From: a virus
Lineage: Duplodnaviria > Caudoviricetes
Direction: 5' to 3' (one strand)
DNA length: 64,000 bases
Virus record (IMG/VR): IMGVR_UViG_3300014204_000127
Coordinates: 1-64,000 of that record
Each line of letters starts with the position of its first letter. Positions within the stretch are counted from its first letter, which is position 1. A program made the position numbers and the translations under genes. The notes under the pieces are model-generated. The model was not told the origin of the DNA and searched no databases. It saw only the letters and a list, made by a program, of their open reading frames with translations. Below, one piece after another: positions 1 through 8,563 of this stretch.

Positions 1-57
1 TTCCCTCAATTTCCCTCAATTTCCCTCAATTTCCCTCAATTTCCCTCAATTTCCCTC
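1..57. repeat. 10-bp tandem repeat (TTCCCTCAAT)x5.7 at window start
   Basis: Directly visible; overlaps the 3' end of ORF 26..343. Confidence 0.95.
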
Positions 58-343
58 GCCTTATCTCAATAGCATTGTCAGGAATTCGCTTGCCAATTTT
101 TAGGCGATAGCCTATAGATAGGAGCTCATGATATAATTCTATTACATCTGTTTCCTGTATTTTTGCTGCAATAGTATCTTCTATAATACCAGGGTCACAT
201 GCACCATGCTGTCCATCGTGTTCATAGCTACTGCAAAGAGCTGGCGAATCGTTCCCTATTTCAAGAGGAAATATCGCTATAACTGACTTAGGATTGCGTT
301 TTCCTCGGCGAAAAATAACTAATGTTCTGTCGCTGTTTTCCAT
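26..343 (-). CDS. hypothetical phage protein
   Basis: ORF with AGGAG RBS; VIAIFP...SYEHDGQHGAC motif typical of small phage proteins. Confidence 0.8.
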   Translation of the reverse strand: MENSDRTLVIFRRGKRNPKSVIAIFPLEIGNDSPALCSSYEHDGQHGACDPGIIEDTIAAKIQETDVIELYHELLSIGYRLKIGKRIPDNAIEIRRGKLREIEGN

Positions 344-364
344 GATAATACTCCTAAAAGGGGT

Positions 365-514
365 TTATTTGCTTACACGGGACATAAATAAAGTGTCAAA
401 ACTACGGGCATTGACCCGCCATCCATCATTAATCATTTGCTCATACTTTTGGCGATATGTGCCACAATCTGTTATAGGCCTGTGTATAATCTTGTATTCA
501 GTACGTTCTTTCAT
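365..514 (-). CDS. small hypothetical protein (49 aa, MKERTEYKII...)
   Basis: Read manually; AGGAG RBS and promoter at 541-568. Confidence 0.65.
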   Translation of the reverse strand: MKERTEYKIIHRPITDCGTYRQKYEQMINDGWRVNARSFDTLFMSRVSK

Positions 515-540
515 GATATTCTCCTGTATGTTACGCTATA

Positions 541-568
541 AGTATACTACTTTATTTTAGTTTGTCAA
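541..568 (-). promoter_or_regulatory. sigma70-type early promoter TTGACA-N16-TATACT
   Basis: Consensus boxes upstream of RBS; one of many such promoters. Confidence 0.75.
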
Positions 569-661
569 TAGTTTATTTTAAAATAGTTTTGTTTTGCCTA
601 TGGGTATCTATATACCTTTATACACCTTTTAAGGTAGTATTCATATACCTTTTGAAGAAAA

Positions 662-928
662 TCAGGGATTCCGCTTCCCTATAGTAAACCCACTCTTTGT
701 AAGCTGTTCAGCCATTATAAGCACTTCCTGTGGGGAAAGATATACTATTATTTCCCCTTTTCCTTCCTTTATGGCTACAGATATGTCCCCAAAGGATGCT
801 TGGGGGTATTTAATTTTGGCAAATGTATCCGTACTTAACTGATTATTTACATCCCTTTCCAGCTTATCTACGGGAATACATGCCAATGTTTTGTAGTTTC
901 CTATCCATGTCTTTTGTTCTATACGCAT
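662..928 (-). CDS. hypothetical protein (start MRIEQ)
   Basis: AGGAG at 936-940; promoter at 970-998. Confidence 0.75.
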   Translation of the reverse strand: MRIEQKTWIGNYKTLACIPVDKLERDVNNQLSTDTFAKIKYPQASFGDISVAIKEGKGEIIVYLSPQEVLIMAEQLTKSGFTIGKRNP

Positions 929-1074
929 TTTATATCTCCTTGTTTGTAGTTCGTGTAAGTTATAGGATAAGTATAGCACACGGATAAAGATTTGTCAATA
1001 GTTTATTTATGAAATTAGGTAATATTTTTATAAAGTATTGATAATACTGGGGATATGTTAAAAATAAACTTAAT

Positions 1075-1090
1075 TGTTCCACGTGGAACA
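1075..1090. promoter_or_regulatory. parS: parS-like palindrome TGTTCCACGTGGAACA
   Basis: Perfect 16-bp palindrome matching the bacterial chromosomal parS consensus TGTTNCACGTGNAACA. Confidence 0.8.
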
Positions 1091-1231
1091 TCTTTTTAAG
1101 GTATTTTTGAACATGTTTTGATAGGAATTTATAAAAATATCATAAATATTCGCAAAAATAGACTGCGAGGTGAGTTGATAAATATATAAGACTGTTTCAA
1201 TACCCATTATTTTCTTATAAAACCATTATTT

Positions 1232-1270
1232 TAGAATAAATAGAATAAATAGAATAAATAGAATAAATAG
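1232..1270. repeat. 9-bp tandem repeat (TAGAATAAA)x4
   Basis: Directly visible in AT-rich non-coding region. Confidence 0.9.
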
Positions 1271-1327
1271 TAGTTTTCTATTGAATAGATAATTAATTTA
1301 TTCTTTAAACACCCTATATGAGTTATA

Positions 1328-1557
1328 TTAAATCTGAATATTAATAAACTGATTATGGTATTCTATCTCAATTACTTAACTAGCATGTCGTAGGTGGTTT
1401 TTAAGCATTTGGGCTTCTACGTATAGAATATAATTTATACATTCTATACTCTGCCATAGTCTTTTATTCCACTGTGCAATCCTCTAATCGTTCATCTTTG
1501 TGGTTTATTAAGGAGTCCAACTCCCACCATAATCAGTTTATTAATATTCAGATTTAA
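1328..1557 (-). ncRNA. candidate ncRNA closed by a perfect 32-bp inverted repeat
   Basis: 1328-1359 is the exact reverse complement of 1526-1557; internal hairpins; promoter at 1584-1611; no ORF. Confidence 0.6.
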
Positions 1558-1583
1558 ATTAACTTTTCATTTTCATATGTATG

Positions 1584-1611
1584 ATTATATCACAGTTTTC
1601 TATAATGTCAA
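1584..1611 (-). promoter_or_regulatory. sigma70 promoter TTGACA-N16-TATAAT with extended -10 TG
   Basis: Consensus boxes. Confidence 0.8.
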
Positions 1612-1614
1612 GGG

Positions 1615-1836
1615 CTATTCTTTGTTTTTATTAAATAATGGTATACCCATTTTAACCATTTTAGCATATCTTTTTACATTGACAGCCTTTTCTTTATATT
1701 CAGGATCATCCTTATACATTGGAATACGGTATTCATGTATCTTGATTCCCCGTATACTGATATTTGATTCCAGAAGAATATCAAGGTTATTGAGGTTATC
1801 AATGGCTTCCACATCATATTGTTTAAATGAGTTCAA
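1615..1836 (-). CDS. hypothetical protein
   Basis: ORF track; fits strand pattern. Confidence 0.55.
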   Translation of the reverse strand: MNSFKQYDVEAIDNLNNLDILLESNISIRGIKIHEYRIPMYKDDPEYKEKAVNVKRYAKMVKMGIPLFNKNKE

Positions 1837-2020
1837 TTTGAGTTATTCACAATGTCGTGTATTCTATTTACCATACAAAGTATAGTTATGTATGTTAATT
1901 AGAAAACATACATAGTTGAAAGTTGCATATTTACAAAACACGGTGTTGTATGTTATTATATGGCATGTAGTTCTGCATTTTTAAATCATATTTGTAAAAA
2001 ATTAGGGATAATCGGGGAAA

Positions 2021-2179
2021 TTAATCCTCTGATAGGGATATTAATGCAACTGATATTCCGATAAAAAAGAGATATATACCCCCGCCTATTCCGTTAGGTA
2101 GAGTAGTACTCCATTCGTACATCAAAACGGAGAAAGTGAGTAGTATTATCACACAACTTATTGCATTTTTTAAAATCAT
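2021..2179 (-). CDS. small membrane protein (start MILKN)
   Basis: Two hydrophobic segments. Confidence 0.55.
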   Translation of the reverse strand: MILKNAISCVIILLTFSVLMYEWSTTLPNGIGGGIYLFFIGISVALISLSED

Positions 2180-2180
2180 T

Positions 2181-2378
2181 TTATATCGCCTCAACAGGGG
2201 GTTCTGGTAATGGCATCCAATATACAACTTTTGGTAGATCAAAACCAAAATGCCCTGCTATAAGAGCCAACTTATTCATATAATGTGCTGTATGTATTCT
2301 CATACCAAAATAATCATCCTCTAAACAAACTAAACATTTTCCTACAGGTTTTTTATTCTCAATAGATATCCAGTTCAT
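2181..2378 (-). CDS. DUF551-like protein
   Basis: MNWISIENKKP...VVYWMPLPEPP motifs. Confidence 0.8.
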   Translation of the reverse strand: MNWISIENKKPVGKCLVCLEDDYFGMRIHTAHYMNKLALIAGHFGFDLPKVVYWMPLPEPPVEAI

Positions 2379-2514
2379 ATTATATTCCTTATTTCAACCT
2401 GTTATCAGGAAAAGACAAACCAAAAGGAGTTTCACAACTTATATTAGACTCATTCACCACATCGTCATTCACTAGATACAAGTCTGGTTCGGGTTCATAA
2501 AGTCAAGCTGTTCT

Positions 2515-2958
2515 TTAATCCATTTCATCAATTTGTTCTTTTGTTAGCAGAATACCACCTATTTTATCAACCATATCACACAGGTACACGTCTATACATG
2601 ATGCGTTGGTACGTGGGGATATCCACCTGACGAAAGTAACACCATTTTTATCAAAAGTCCTGTCCACATACTTCCAGACCGGAATATTAAAAATTGTGTC
2701 AAATATTGTGATTCTGTTAGCTACGTGTTCTTTTGCAAAAATAGATACCGGCATTTTATCAAAAAATCCATATCGACAAAAACCGTTTGGGAATCCCAAA
2801 AGAATTCTGCCGATATAGCTGCCAAAAGTACCCGCAGAATGATTACTACAAGCAAGATTATTCGGAAGTTCCTTGTCGGCCTCATATCTGGACATCTCAT
2901 TACAATTAGCGCTACAACCAGGACAAAGATATTCACAAATGTATTCTTTATTTTCCAT
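2515..2958 (-). CDS. hypothetical Cys-rich phage protein
   Basis: AGGAG RBS, own promoter. Confidence 0.8.
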   Translation of the reverse strand: MENKEYICEYLCPGCSANCNEMSRYEADKELPNNLACSNHSAGTFGSYIGRILLGFPNGFCRYGFFDKMPVSIFAKEHVANRITIFDTIFNIPVWKYVDRTFDKNGVTFVRWISPRTNASCIDVYLCDMVDKIGGILLTKEQIDEMD

Positions 2959-3046
2959 AGTTTTACTCCTAATTATTAAAAACTGTTTTCAATTCTTATA
3001 ATGAAAGTATATCACAAAATCATTCAAAGTCAATCTGTTTTTTAAA

Positions 3047-3316
3047 TTATTTTGATTCTTTTATCATCGACTTATCACATTCTGAAGGGGAAATCAATCG
3101 CATAATCAGGTCTATTCCTTTTTGTCCATAATTATCCAAAACGTGCTGTTTTGTGCTTTTGCCGTCAGGGGTTCCAATAAAACTATCAAAACCAATTATG
3201 TCAAAACCAGTATATATATCCCAAAAACTTCTAAGGGATATTTTAAAAATGTTTTGAAAATCATCACAGTTTCCACGGTACAATTTTGATAATATAGTAA
3301 AATGGTCCATTTTCAT
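3047..3316 (-). CDS. hypothetical protein
   Basis: AGGAG RBS. Confidence 0.75.
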   Translation of the reverse strand: MKMDHFTILSKLYRGNCDDFQNIFKISLRSFWDIYTGFDIIGFDSFIGTPDGKSTKQHVLDNYGQKGIDLIMRLISPSECDKSMIKESK

Positions 3317-3322
3317 AACTCC

Positions 3323-3679
3323 TTATAGTTCATTAAGATACTCAGATATTTCTTTTTTCCATTTATTAAAACGTTCCGATGAATAAAAAGCATTTGACAT
3401 ATCCATCAAAATTATGATGGAATTGGACTCACCATATTTTAATCTAAATTCTTCCATTATATACGTTTTTAGCTTGTCTTTTATTGCATTTCTGGCAAGA
3501 GTTGAAATGTCATTGTATACAGTTTGGAATTTTTCATCGTTCTCAAATGCTTTAATTCTATCAATAAGCTTTAAATGCCTTTCTCCAATAACTGCCATTC
3601 CTTCTATCATTTGCCATATGTCGCCCCTTTTCATGGACGTATTTGTCGTTATCAATATTGTATCGTCTGCCGACTTCAT
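3323..3679 (-). CDS. hypothetical protein
   Basis: ORF with RBS. Confidence 0.7.
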   Translation of the reverse strand: MKSADDTILITTNTSMKRGDIWQMIEGMAVIGERHLKLIDRIKAFENDEKFQTVYNDISTLARNAIKDKLKTYIMEEFRLKYGESNSIIILMDMSNAFYSSERFNKWKKEISEYLNEL

Positions 3680-4088
3680 TTTAAAGTTCCTTAATCAATA
3701 CATGAGTTTTTTTGCAGAGTTTACTTCACTGATTATTGCATCTAATCGGGGGATTAATGTAAAACCATATCCAATGGATTGAGGCTGTCCCCTAAAAAGT
3801 GCTTTCATTTCCTCACACCATCCTATAAATTCATTACATTTTTGTATTTTTTCTTTTTCGTCCATTTTTGTTTTCTCCTGTATTGTTATATGTATTATAT
3901 CATAAAATAGTCAAATGTCAAGCTATTTTTATGCGTACTCTAACATAAGTATATCAATAAATTTGCATATTTTATCATCCAGCTTCCAGTACTCTTTGTA
4001 TTCCGCTAAAAGTTTTAGAATATCCTTTTGCTTTGCTCCTCTCTTGGTACGTCTTTTGCAGACATCTGTTATTGCTTTGGTTATTTCG

Positions 4089-4496
4089 TCATACTTTGGC
4101 ATGATTAAATGTCCTTTCTGCTGTATCTTTTTGTATTAGCATCAGCCCAAACATCATGTCAATAACCTCTCTATCCCTTGTCCAGATGTTAAAATTGTGT
4201 GATATTTCATTAAAATTGCCGTGAAATATCCATCCGTCAATAACATCTTGTCCACACTCACGCAAAGGACATACACCAGACCCAATACTTAGGGTGTTTT
4301 TGTCAAAAACTTCATAGAGTTTTTCTAGTGTATCCGGTCTTTGTCCAAGATATTTACTACCATTAGACAAAACCAAAGTTTCATCTGGATTTACAGTACA
4401 CATTTGCTCGAATTCGTTTCCATTATCATCAACAAGGATTGAGTATCCACCCTTGTCGGTATCATATTGTGATAATGAATAAAGTACGCTTTTCAT
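4089..4496 (-). CDS. hypothetical protein
   Basis: GGAG RBS, promoter upstream. Confidence 0.75.
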   Translation of the reverse strand: MKSVLYSLSQYDTDKGGYSILVDDNGNEFEQMCTVNPDETLVLSNGSKYLGQRPDTLEKLYEVFDKNTLSIGSGVCPLRECGQDVIDGWIFHGNFNEISHNFNIWTRDREVIDMMFGLMLIQKDTAERTFNHAKV

Positions 4497-4574
4497 AATA
4501 ATTTACTCCCGTTGTTAAAAATTTCTTATAATAATAGAATATCATAATTTGAAACAAAGTCAAGCCTTTTTTGT

Positions 4575-4892
4575 TTATTTTTGCTCAATTATCATAATAT
4601 TTTTATAATATTGTCTACAAAGGGGATGATTCTGCAATTGCCATTGTGCTTCTTGTATATCAACACATTTGTTCACAAGGGATTCACAATGCCCTGTTGA
4701 GTGCTGTATATAGGTATGTCCGGTTTGTTCGCAGAATATAAATTCTACGTCAAGACGTTCACCAAAATACCCATTTGGAATACTTCCGGTTGCAATAACA
4801 GGAAATTCTGTACCATATTTCAATTCAATAAATGTATCATAATATGGGGTTTCGATGTTATTCGCCGAATTGTTTAACGTATTTGTTTTCAT
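4575..4892 (-). CDS. hypothetical protein
   Basis: AGGAG RBS, promoter upstream. Confidence 0.75.
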   Translation of the reverse strand: MKTNTLNNSANNIETPYYDTFIELKYGTEFPVIATGSIPNGYFGERLDVEFIFCEQTGHTYIQHSTGHCESLVNKCVDIQEAQWQLQNHPLCRQYYKNIMIIEQK

Positions 4893-4965
4893 AATAATCT
4901 CCTGTTTTTATTATGAACGTATTATAGCATGTTTTATTGAAAATGCAATAGTAAAAACCAATAAA

Positions 4966-5445
4966 TCATGCGATTTCCATGAGTTTTATAAGGTATGGTG
5001 CTATAACAGTAGTATCGATCTTTTCTTCTAGTATTGTGCTTAAAATATAATGTATCTTGTGGAGCATATTCAACTGTATTTTTCCGGTTGTGTCTGTAAA
5101 CCCATAGCAACAAAGGACTTCTCTAAGAAGTCTGCTGCTTTCATTATCCATTTTTTCCAGTATAGACCGGATACCCTGCAAAAGAAGATAAAAATGCATG
5201 TCAATTGGAATTCCTATCTTTTGTTTACGTTCTATGATTGCCAATTCACTATCAAAAAAACGTGTAAAACTGTGCAAGGTCACGTTTGTATCACAATTAT
5301 TGGCATAATACCCTGCCTCTGCAATATCGGGCAGTTCAATCATGTCATGTTTTTCAAAAATTGCTATCTTTTCAGCATATTTAAGTACCTTTTTTGTATC
5401 CGAATACACTTTTAAAAGGTCTTTTCCGTCTTTGGTTATTTCCAT
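4966..5445 (-). CDS. hypothetical protein
   Basis: AGGAG RBS, promoter upstream. Confidence 0.75.
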   Translation of the reverse strand: MEITKDGKDLLKVYSDTKKVLKYAEKIAIFEKHDMIELPDIAEAGYYANNCDTNVTLHSFTRFFDSELAIIERKQKIGIPIDMHFYLLLQGIRSILEKMDNESSRLLREVLCCYGFTDTTGKIQLNMLHKIHYILSTILEEKIDTTVIAPYLIKLMEIA

Positions 5446-5511
5446 TTTAGTTTGCTCCTATTGTTATAATCAAAGTATACCATAAAAATATATAATGTCA
5501 ATAACCTTTTT

Positions 5512-5590
5512 AAAAAAAAGAAACCCTCCAAGACGGGGGAGACTTGAAGGGTTTGCGGTGTTGGGGAAACACCGACTTGTTTGACCTTGC
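5512..5590 (-). ncRNA. candidate ~80-nt small RNA with two C-rich-loop hairpins and terminator
   Basis: Promoter TTGACA-N16-TATAAT at 5595-5622, two hairpins, U-tract, no ORF. Confidence 0.55.
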
Positions 5591-5629
5591 TTCCATTATA
5601 TCGTATTTTTTGTGTTTGTCAAGAACTTT

Positions 5630-5941
5630 TTATTCAATTCTATCATGTAATTTTATTGCTTCATCATGCCAGGGATTCAAACCGTTACAAGAATATACAA
5701 AACATCCACCAAACATTGTCCATGTCTTTTTGAGATACGGTATTGCAGGAATACATCTTACACGTCTTTTTCCGCAGCAAACAGCTTCAATCATAACACA
5801 ATCGTTTTCCTGAAGGTCCTGAATATCTGATTCTGTTACGTTTTCAACAATTCGAATTTTGTCAAACCTCGATGGTATTCCATTGTTTGAGCAATCACCA
5901 TAAGAAGGTTTGTATATTTCCATAGATTCAATACGTTGCAT
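5630..5941 (-). CDS. hypothetical phage protein (DCSNNG...MFGGCF family)
   Basis: AGGAG RBS; recurrent phage motif. Confidence 0.8.
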   Translation of the reverse strand: MQRIESMEIYKPSYGDCSNNGIPSRFDKIRIVENVTESDIQDLQENDCVMIEAVCCGKRRVRCIPAIPYLKKTWTMFGGCFVYSCNGLNPWHDEAIKLHDRIE

Positions 5942-6040
5942 TTTGTTTACTCCTGATAGTGTTAAAACTGATTTCTCATTCTTATAATAGAATTATATCA
6001 CAATTTTCTATAATGTCAATATCAATTTTAAAAATTATTA

Positions 6041-6081
6041 AATAAAAACCCTCCAGTCTTTTGATATGTTTCTGGAGGGAA
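6041..6081 (-). terminator. intrinsic terminator
   Basis: CCCTCCAG/CTGGAGGG stem followed by U-rich tract. Confidence 0.7.
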
Positions 6082-6114
6082 AACCGTTCACTTATACGAT
6101 TTTTTACAGGAGTT

Positions 6115-6336
6115 TTATATAACTTCTATTGTGTATATTTTGGAAAATACTGTTTTATACGCTGTATTGCCAAAGCCACAATCTTCTTTTGCCAGTTCAT
6201 ACGGATAATCATTGACATACTGCGGATGAAGCTGCTGATTGCTCCAACTGCGTTTTCTGAAATTTATACCCTGATTTTTCAATTCCCTTGCCTTTGCATC
6301 ACGGTTTTCTTTTTTCATAAATGTATAGCTTGCCAT
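6115..6336 (-). CDS. hypothetical protein
   Basis: AGGAG RBS, promoter. Confidence 0.8.
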   Translation of the reverse strand: MASYTFMKKENRDAKARELKNQGINFRKRSWSNQQLHPQYVNDYPYELAKEDCGFGNTAYKTVFSKIYTIEVI

Positions 6337-6410
6337 GTTTTTCTCCTGATTAAAAATTAGTTCTTTATTCTTATACTAGAAGTATACCACAATTTTATCT
6401 AATGTCAATA

Positions 6411-6992
6411 TCAATTTTCTCGAACTGTAAAACATTTTTCAGGTTCAACAGGCATTAAAACGATTCGCAGGGTATCCGATTGCAGTTCAATCGGGTGTTT
6501 ATTATCAGTCCACTTCAGTTTGAATGTTGAAAGATTGTCCGTATTGAACGGAATTTCCTCAAGAAATTGAACATTTACAGAAATATCACAGACTTTCTTG
6601 ATAATCTCATTCATTTCATACGAAAAACCATAATCATCAAAAAAGTGGTTATAATAATTGTCAATTATTATAGAATTACATTCGTCTTTTATAAGAACGT
6701 CCTGATATTTTGGAAAACTTCCTACATTTTCCACACGTTCCAGTTCAATCTTTGCAGATGTACAGGATTTTACAGTATAAAAACCGTCAACAATGCCCAT
6801 ATCATCGGCAAGTTTTGGCAATTTGTATTCTGCCAATCTATGCCCGTCAGTAGCAACCGCAAAGCCATTAGTCACATATACATGATGTATCGAATATTTT
6901 GTTTGTGTTCTGGACGTAAAACGACATACCGTTTTCATACCCATGAAAAAATCATTGCTTGTTTTGTTTTTTGCATTTTTAATGATAATCAT
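6411..6992 (-). CDS. DNA polymerase III beta-clamp-like protein (truncated)
   Basis: VATDGHRLA, GSFPKYQDVL and terminal IVLMPV motifs resemble DnaN domains II-III. Confidence 0.6.
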   Translation of the reverse strand: MIIIKNAKNKTSNDFFMGMKTVCRFTSRTQTKYSIHHVYVTNGFAVATDGHRLAEYKLPKLADDMGIVDGFYTVKSCTSAKIELERVENVGSFPKYQDVLIKDECNSIIIDNYYNHFFDDYGFSYEMNEIIKKVCDISVNVQFLEEIPFNTDNLSTFKLKWTDNKHPIELQSDTLRIVLMPVEPEKCFTVREN

Positions 6993-7009
6993 CTTATGGA
7001 CTCCTGATT

Positions 7010-7216
7010 TTAAAGGTTTAGTGTTTTGGTAAAGTTAGGTATTCCACCATTTTCTAACGCAAGTCTGCAATTCTGCCAGCCGTCTTTTGTGGCCTGTTGA
7101 ATCACGGCATTTGCATCTTTGTAGTTCTTTGGGATAAATATTAATGGTTGTTCCTTCCAGTCTTCGGTTTCGCCCTTTGCTAAACCCCAAACAATATACA
7201 TTTTTTCTGCTTTCAT
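7010..7216 (-). CDS. hypothetical protein
   Basis: AGGAG RBS, promoter. Confidence 0.8.
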   Translation of the reverse strand: MKAEKMYIVWGLAKGETEDWKEQPLIFIPKNYKDANAVIQQATKDGWQNCRLALENGGIPNFTKTLNL

Positions 7217-7223
7217 GTTTTAA

Positions 7224-7606
7224 ACTCCTGATTTAATAAACAGATTGTATCACATTATATCGGAAAGTCAATAAATATTTCTTAATACTTGTCAATATTT
7301 GTCAGTATTTGTCACAAACCGCAGCATCCAAAAGATTTTTCAATCTGTCTTCAAAAACATGAAGAGGCTCATAAGGAAGTTCTATAATATATGAACATTC
7401 TTTTATGTCCTCTTCGACTATCCGGCAAGCGAAATATTCATAATTCGCCATATCGTTTATAGCCCTGTCAACTGCCCGTTTAATTTCCATTGGAGGCAGA
7501 GTTGGCATATAGGGCGACAGATTCAATTGAACTTCGACGGTTGTTTTTACTACGGTTGCAATGTCCATTGTTTTTACTCCTGATTTAATAAACAGATTGT
7601 ATCACA
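7224..7606. repeat. perfect 31-bp direct repeat (7224-7254, 7576-7606) spanning -10 box to RBS
   Basis: ACTCCTGATTTAATAAACAGATTGTATCACA twice, flanking ORF 7302..7568. Confidence 0.9.
7302..7568 (-). CDS. hypothetical protein
   Basis: AGGAG RBS. Confidence 0.75.
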   Translation of the reverse strand: MDIATVVKTTVEVQLNLSPYMPTLPPMEIKRAVDRAINDMANYEYFACRIVEEDIKECSYIIELPYEPLHVFEDRLKNLLDAAVCDKY

Positions 7607-7629
7607 ATTTTCTATAACGTCAAGGATTT

Positions 7630-7977
7630 TTATTCCTCTGGTGTTAAAATACTATCTGCGCCGGGTAAAAGCATGTACTTGTTTTTGCACTTTTTAAGCC
7701 ATTTCTGCGATTCATTTATTTTCCCGTCAGGAAATAGATAGCTTGACATCTGATATGGCTTGGTTATACCACAAAGTATGAAATAGTGCCTGTTCTGTTT
7801 ACAGTGCTGAAAGTGCAGAATGACGTTAAAAACGTCACAAATGCCCTGTAAGCTGTCTATTGTGGCCAAAGGCAGTTTAACATAGTTCTGCATGGCATTC
7901 ACTGCCTCGGTGATATCTGCCTTAGCTGCCTGCGATAGATTGTATTTGTTTAATTGATTATCTAATGTTGTTGACAT
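7630..7977 (-). CDS. hypothetical protein
   Basis: AGGAG RBS, promoter. Confidence 0.75.
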   Translation of the reverse strand: MSTTLDNQLNKYNLSQAAKADITEAVNAMQNYVKLPLATIDSLQGICDVFNVILHFQHCKQNRHYFILCGITKPYQMSSYLFPDGKINESQKWLKKCKNKYMLLPGADSILTPEE

Positions 7978-8313
7978 ACTTGTCTACTCCTGATTTAATT
8001 AAGTATGAACATAATATAACACGGGAATAAAGCGATGTCAATACTAAAAATAAAAATATTTATTATGTTGACGAATTAATTTTTTATGATATGATACTAC
8101 AAAATAGAATAAGTATTTATAATGAACACATGCAATCTTTTTGCATAAGTGTGTACATTTTATGTACTTATGGTGATGTAAGGCAATATATATATATATA
8201 TTTTGTGTAAAGTATTTACCTGAATGACGTGTAGGGTAAATACTTTACAAGGATGTACAGGATATACCCTATATAGAGGTAGGGTAAAGGGTGTACAGGA
8301 ACATTAATGTCCG

Positions 8314-8372
8314 TATGAGTACACAGAAAACCAGGATTTATATGGACACATGAGTACGTGGAAATCCAAGAT
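8314..8372. repeat. 59-bp dispersed element, copy 1 (internal 35-bp period ATGAGTA...AAAWCCARGAT)
   Basis: 50/59 identical to 26668-26726. Confidence 0.85.
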
Positions 8373-8381
8373 ATATTTGGT

Positions 8382-8550
8382 TTACTTGAATTTCAACTTG
8401 CTGTTCCTAGCGGCCCTTTGAGCTTCATCTATTTTCTTTATAAATCCCCCTATCTCTTTAGTATAGAGCATATCTACCTTAAATTGTTTCCCCTTGATAC
8501 CAAATTCTTTAATAAGTTCTCTGGTTAGTATGGAATAGTTCCTTAAAATG
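8382..8550 (-). pseudogene. 3' part of phage ORF interrupted by IS607 (ILRNYS...ARNSKLKFK*)
   Basis: Start-less open frame that joins in frame to ORF 10193..10552 across a TG core. Confidence 0.6.
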
Positions 8551-8563
8551 CATACAAATGCAC

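Larger units (their letters stand above)
5978..6418. repeat. 52-bp imperfect direct repeat containing promoter (5978-6029 and 6367-6418, 47/52 identical)
   Basis: Manual alignment. Confidence 0.85.

Noticed and set aside
1328-1557. Complete retron system
   Set aside because: No reverse transcriptase in the window; only the RNA layout is suggestive
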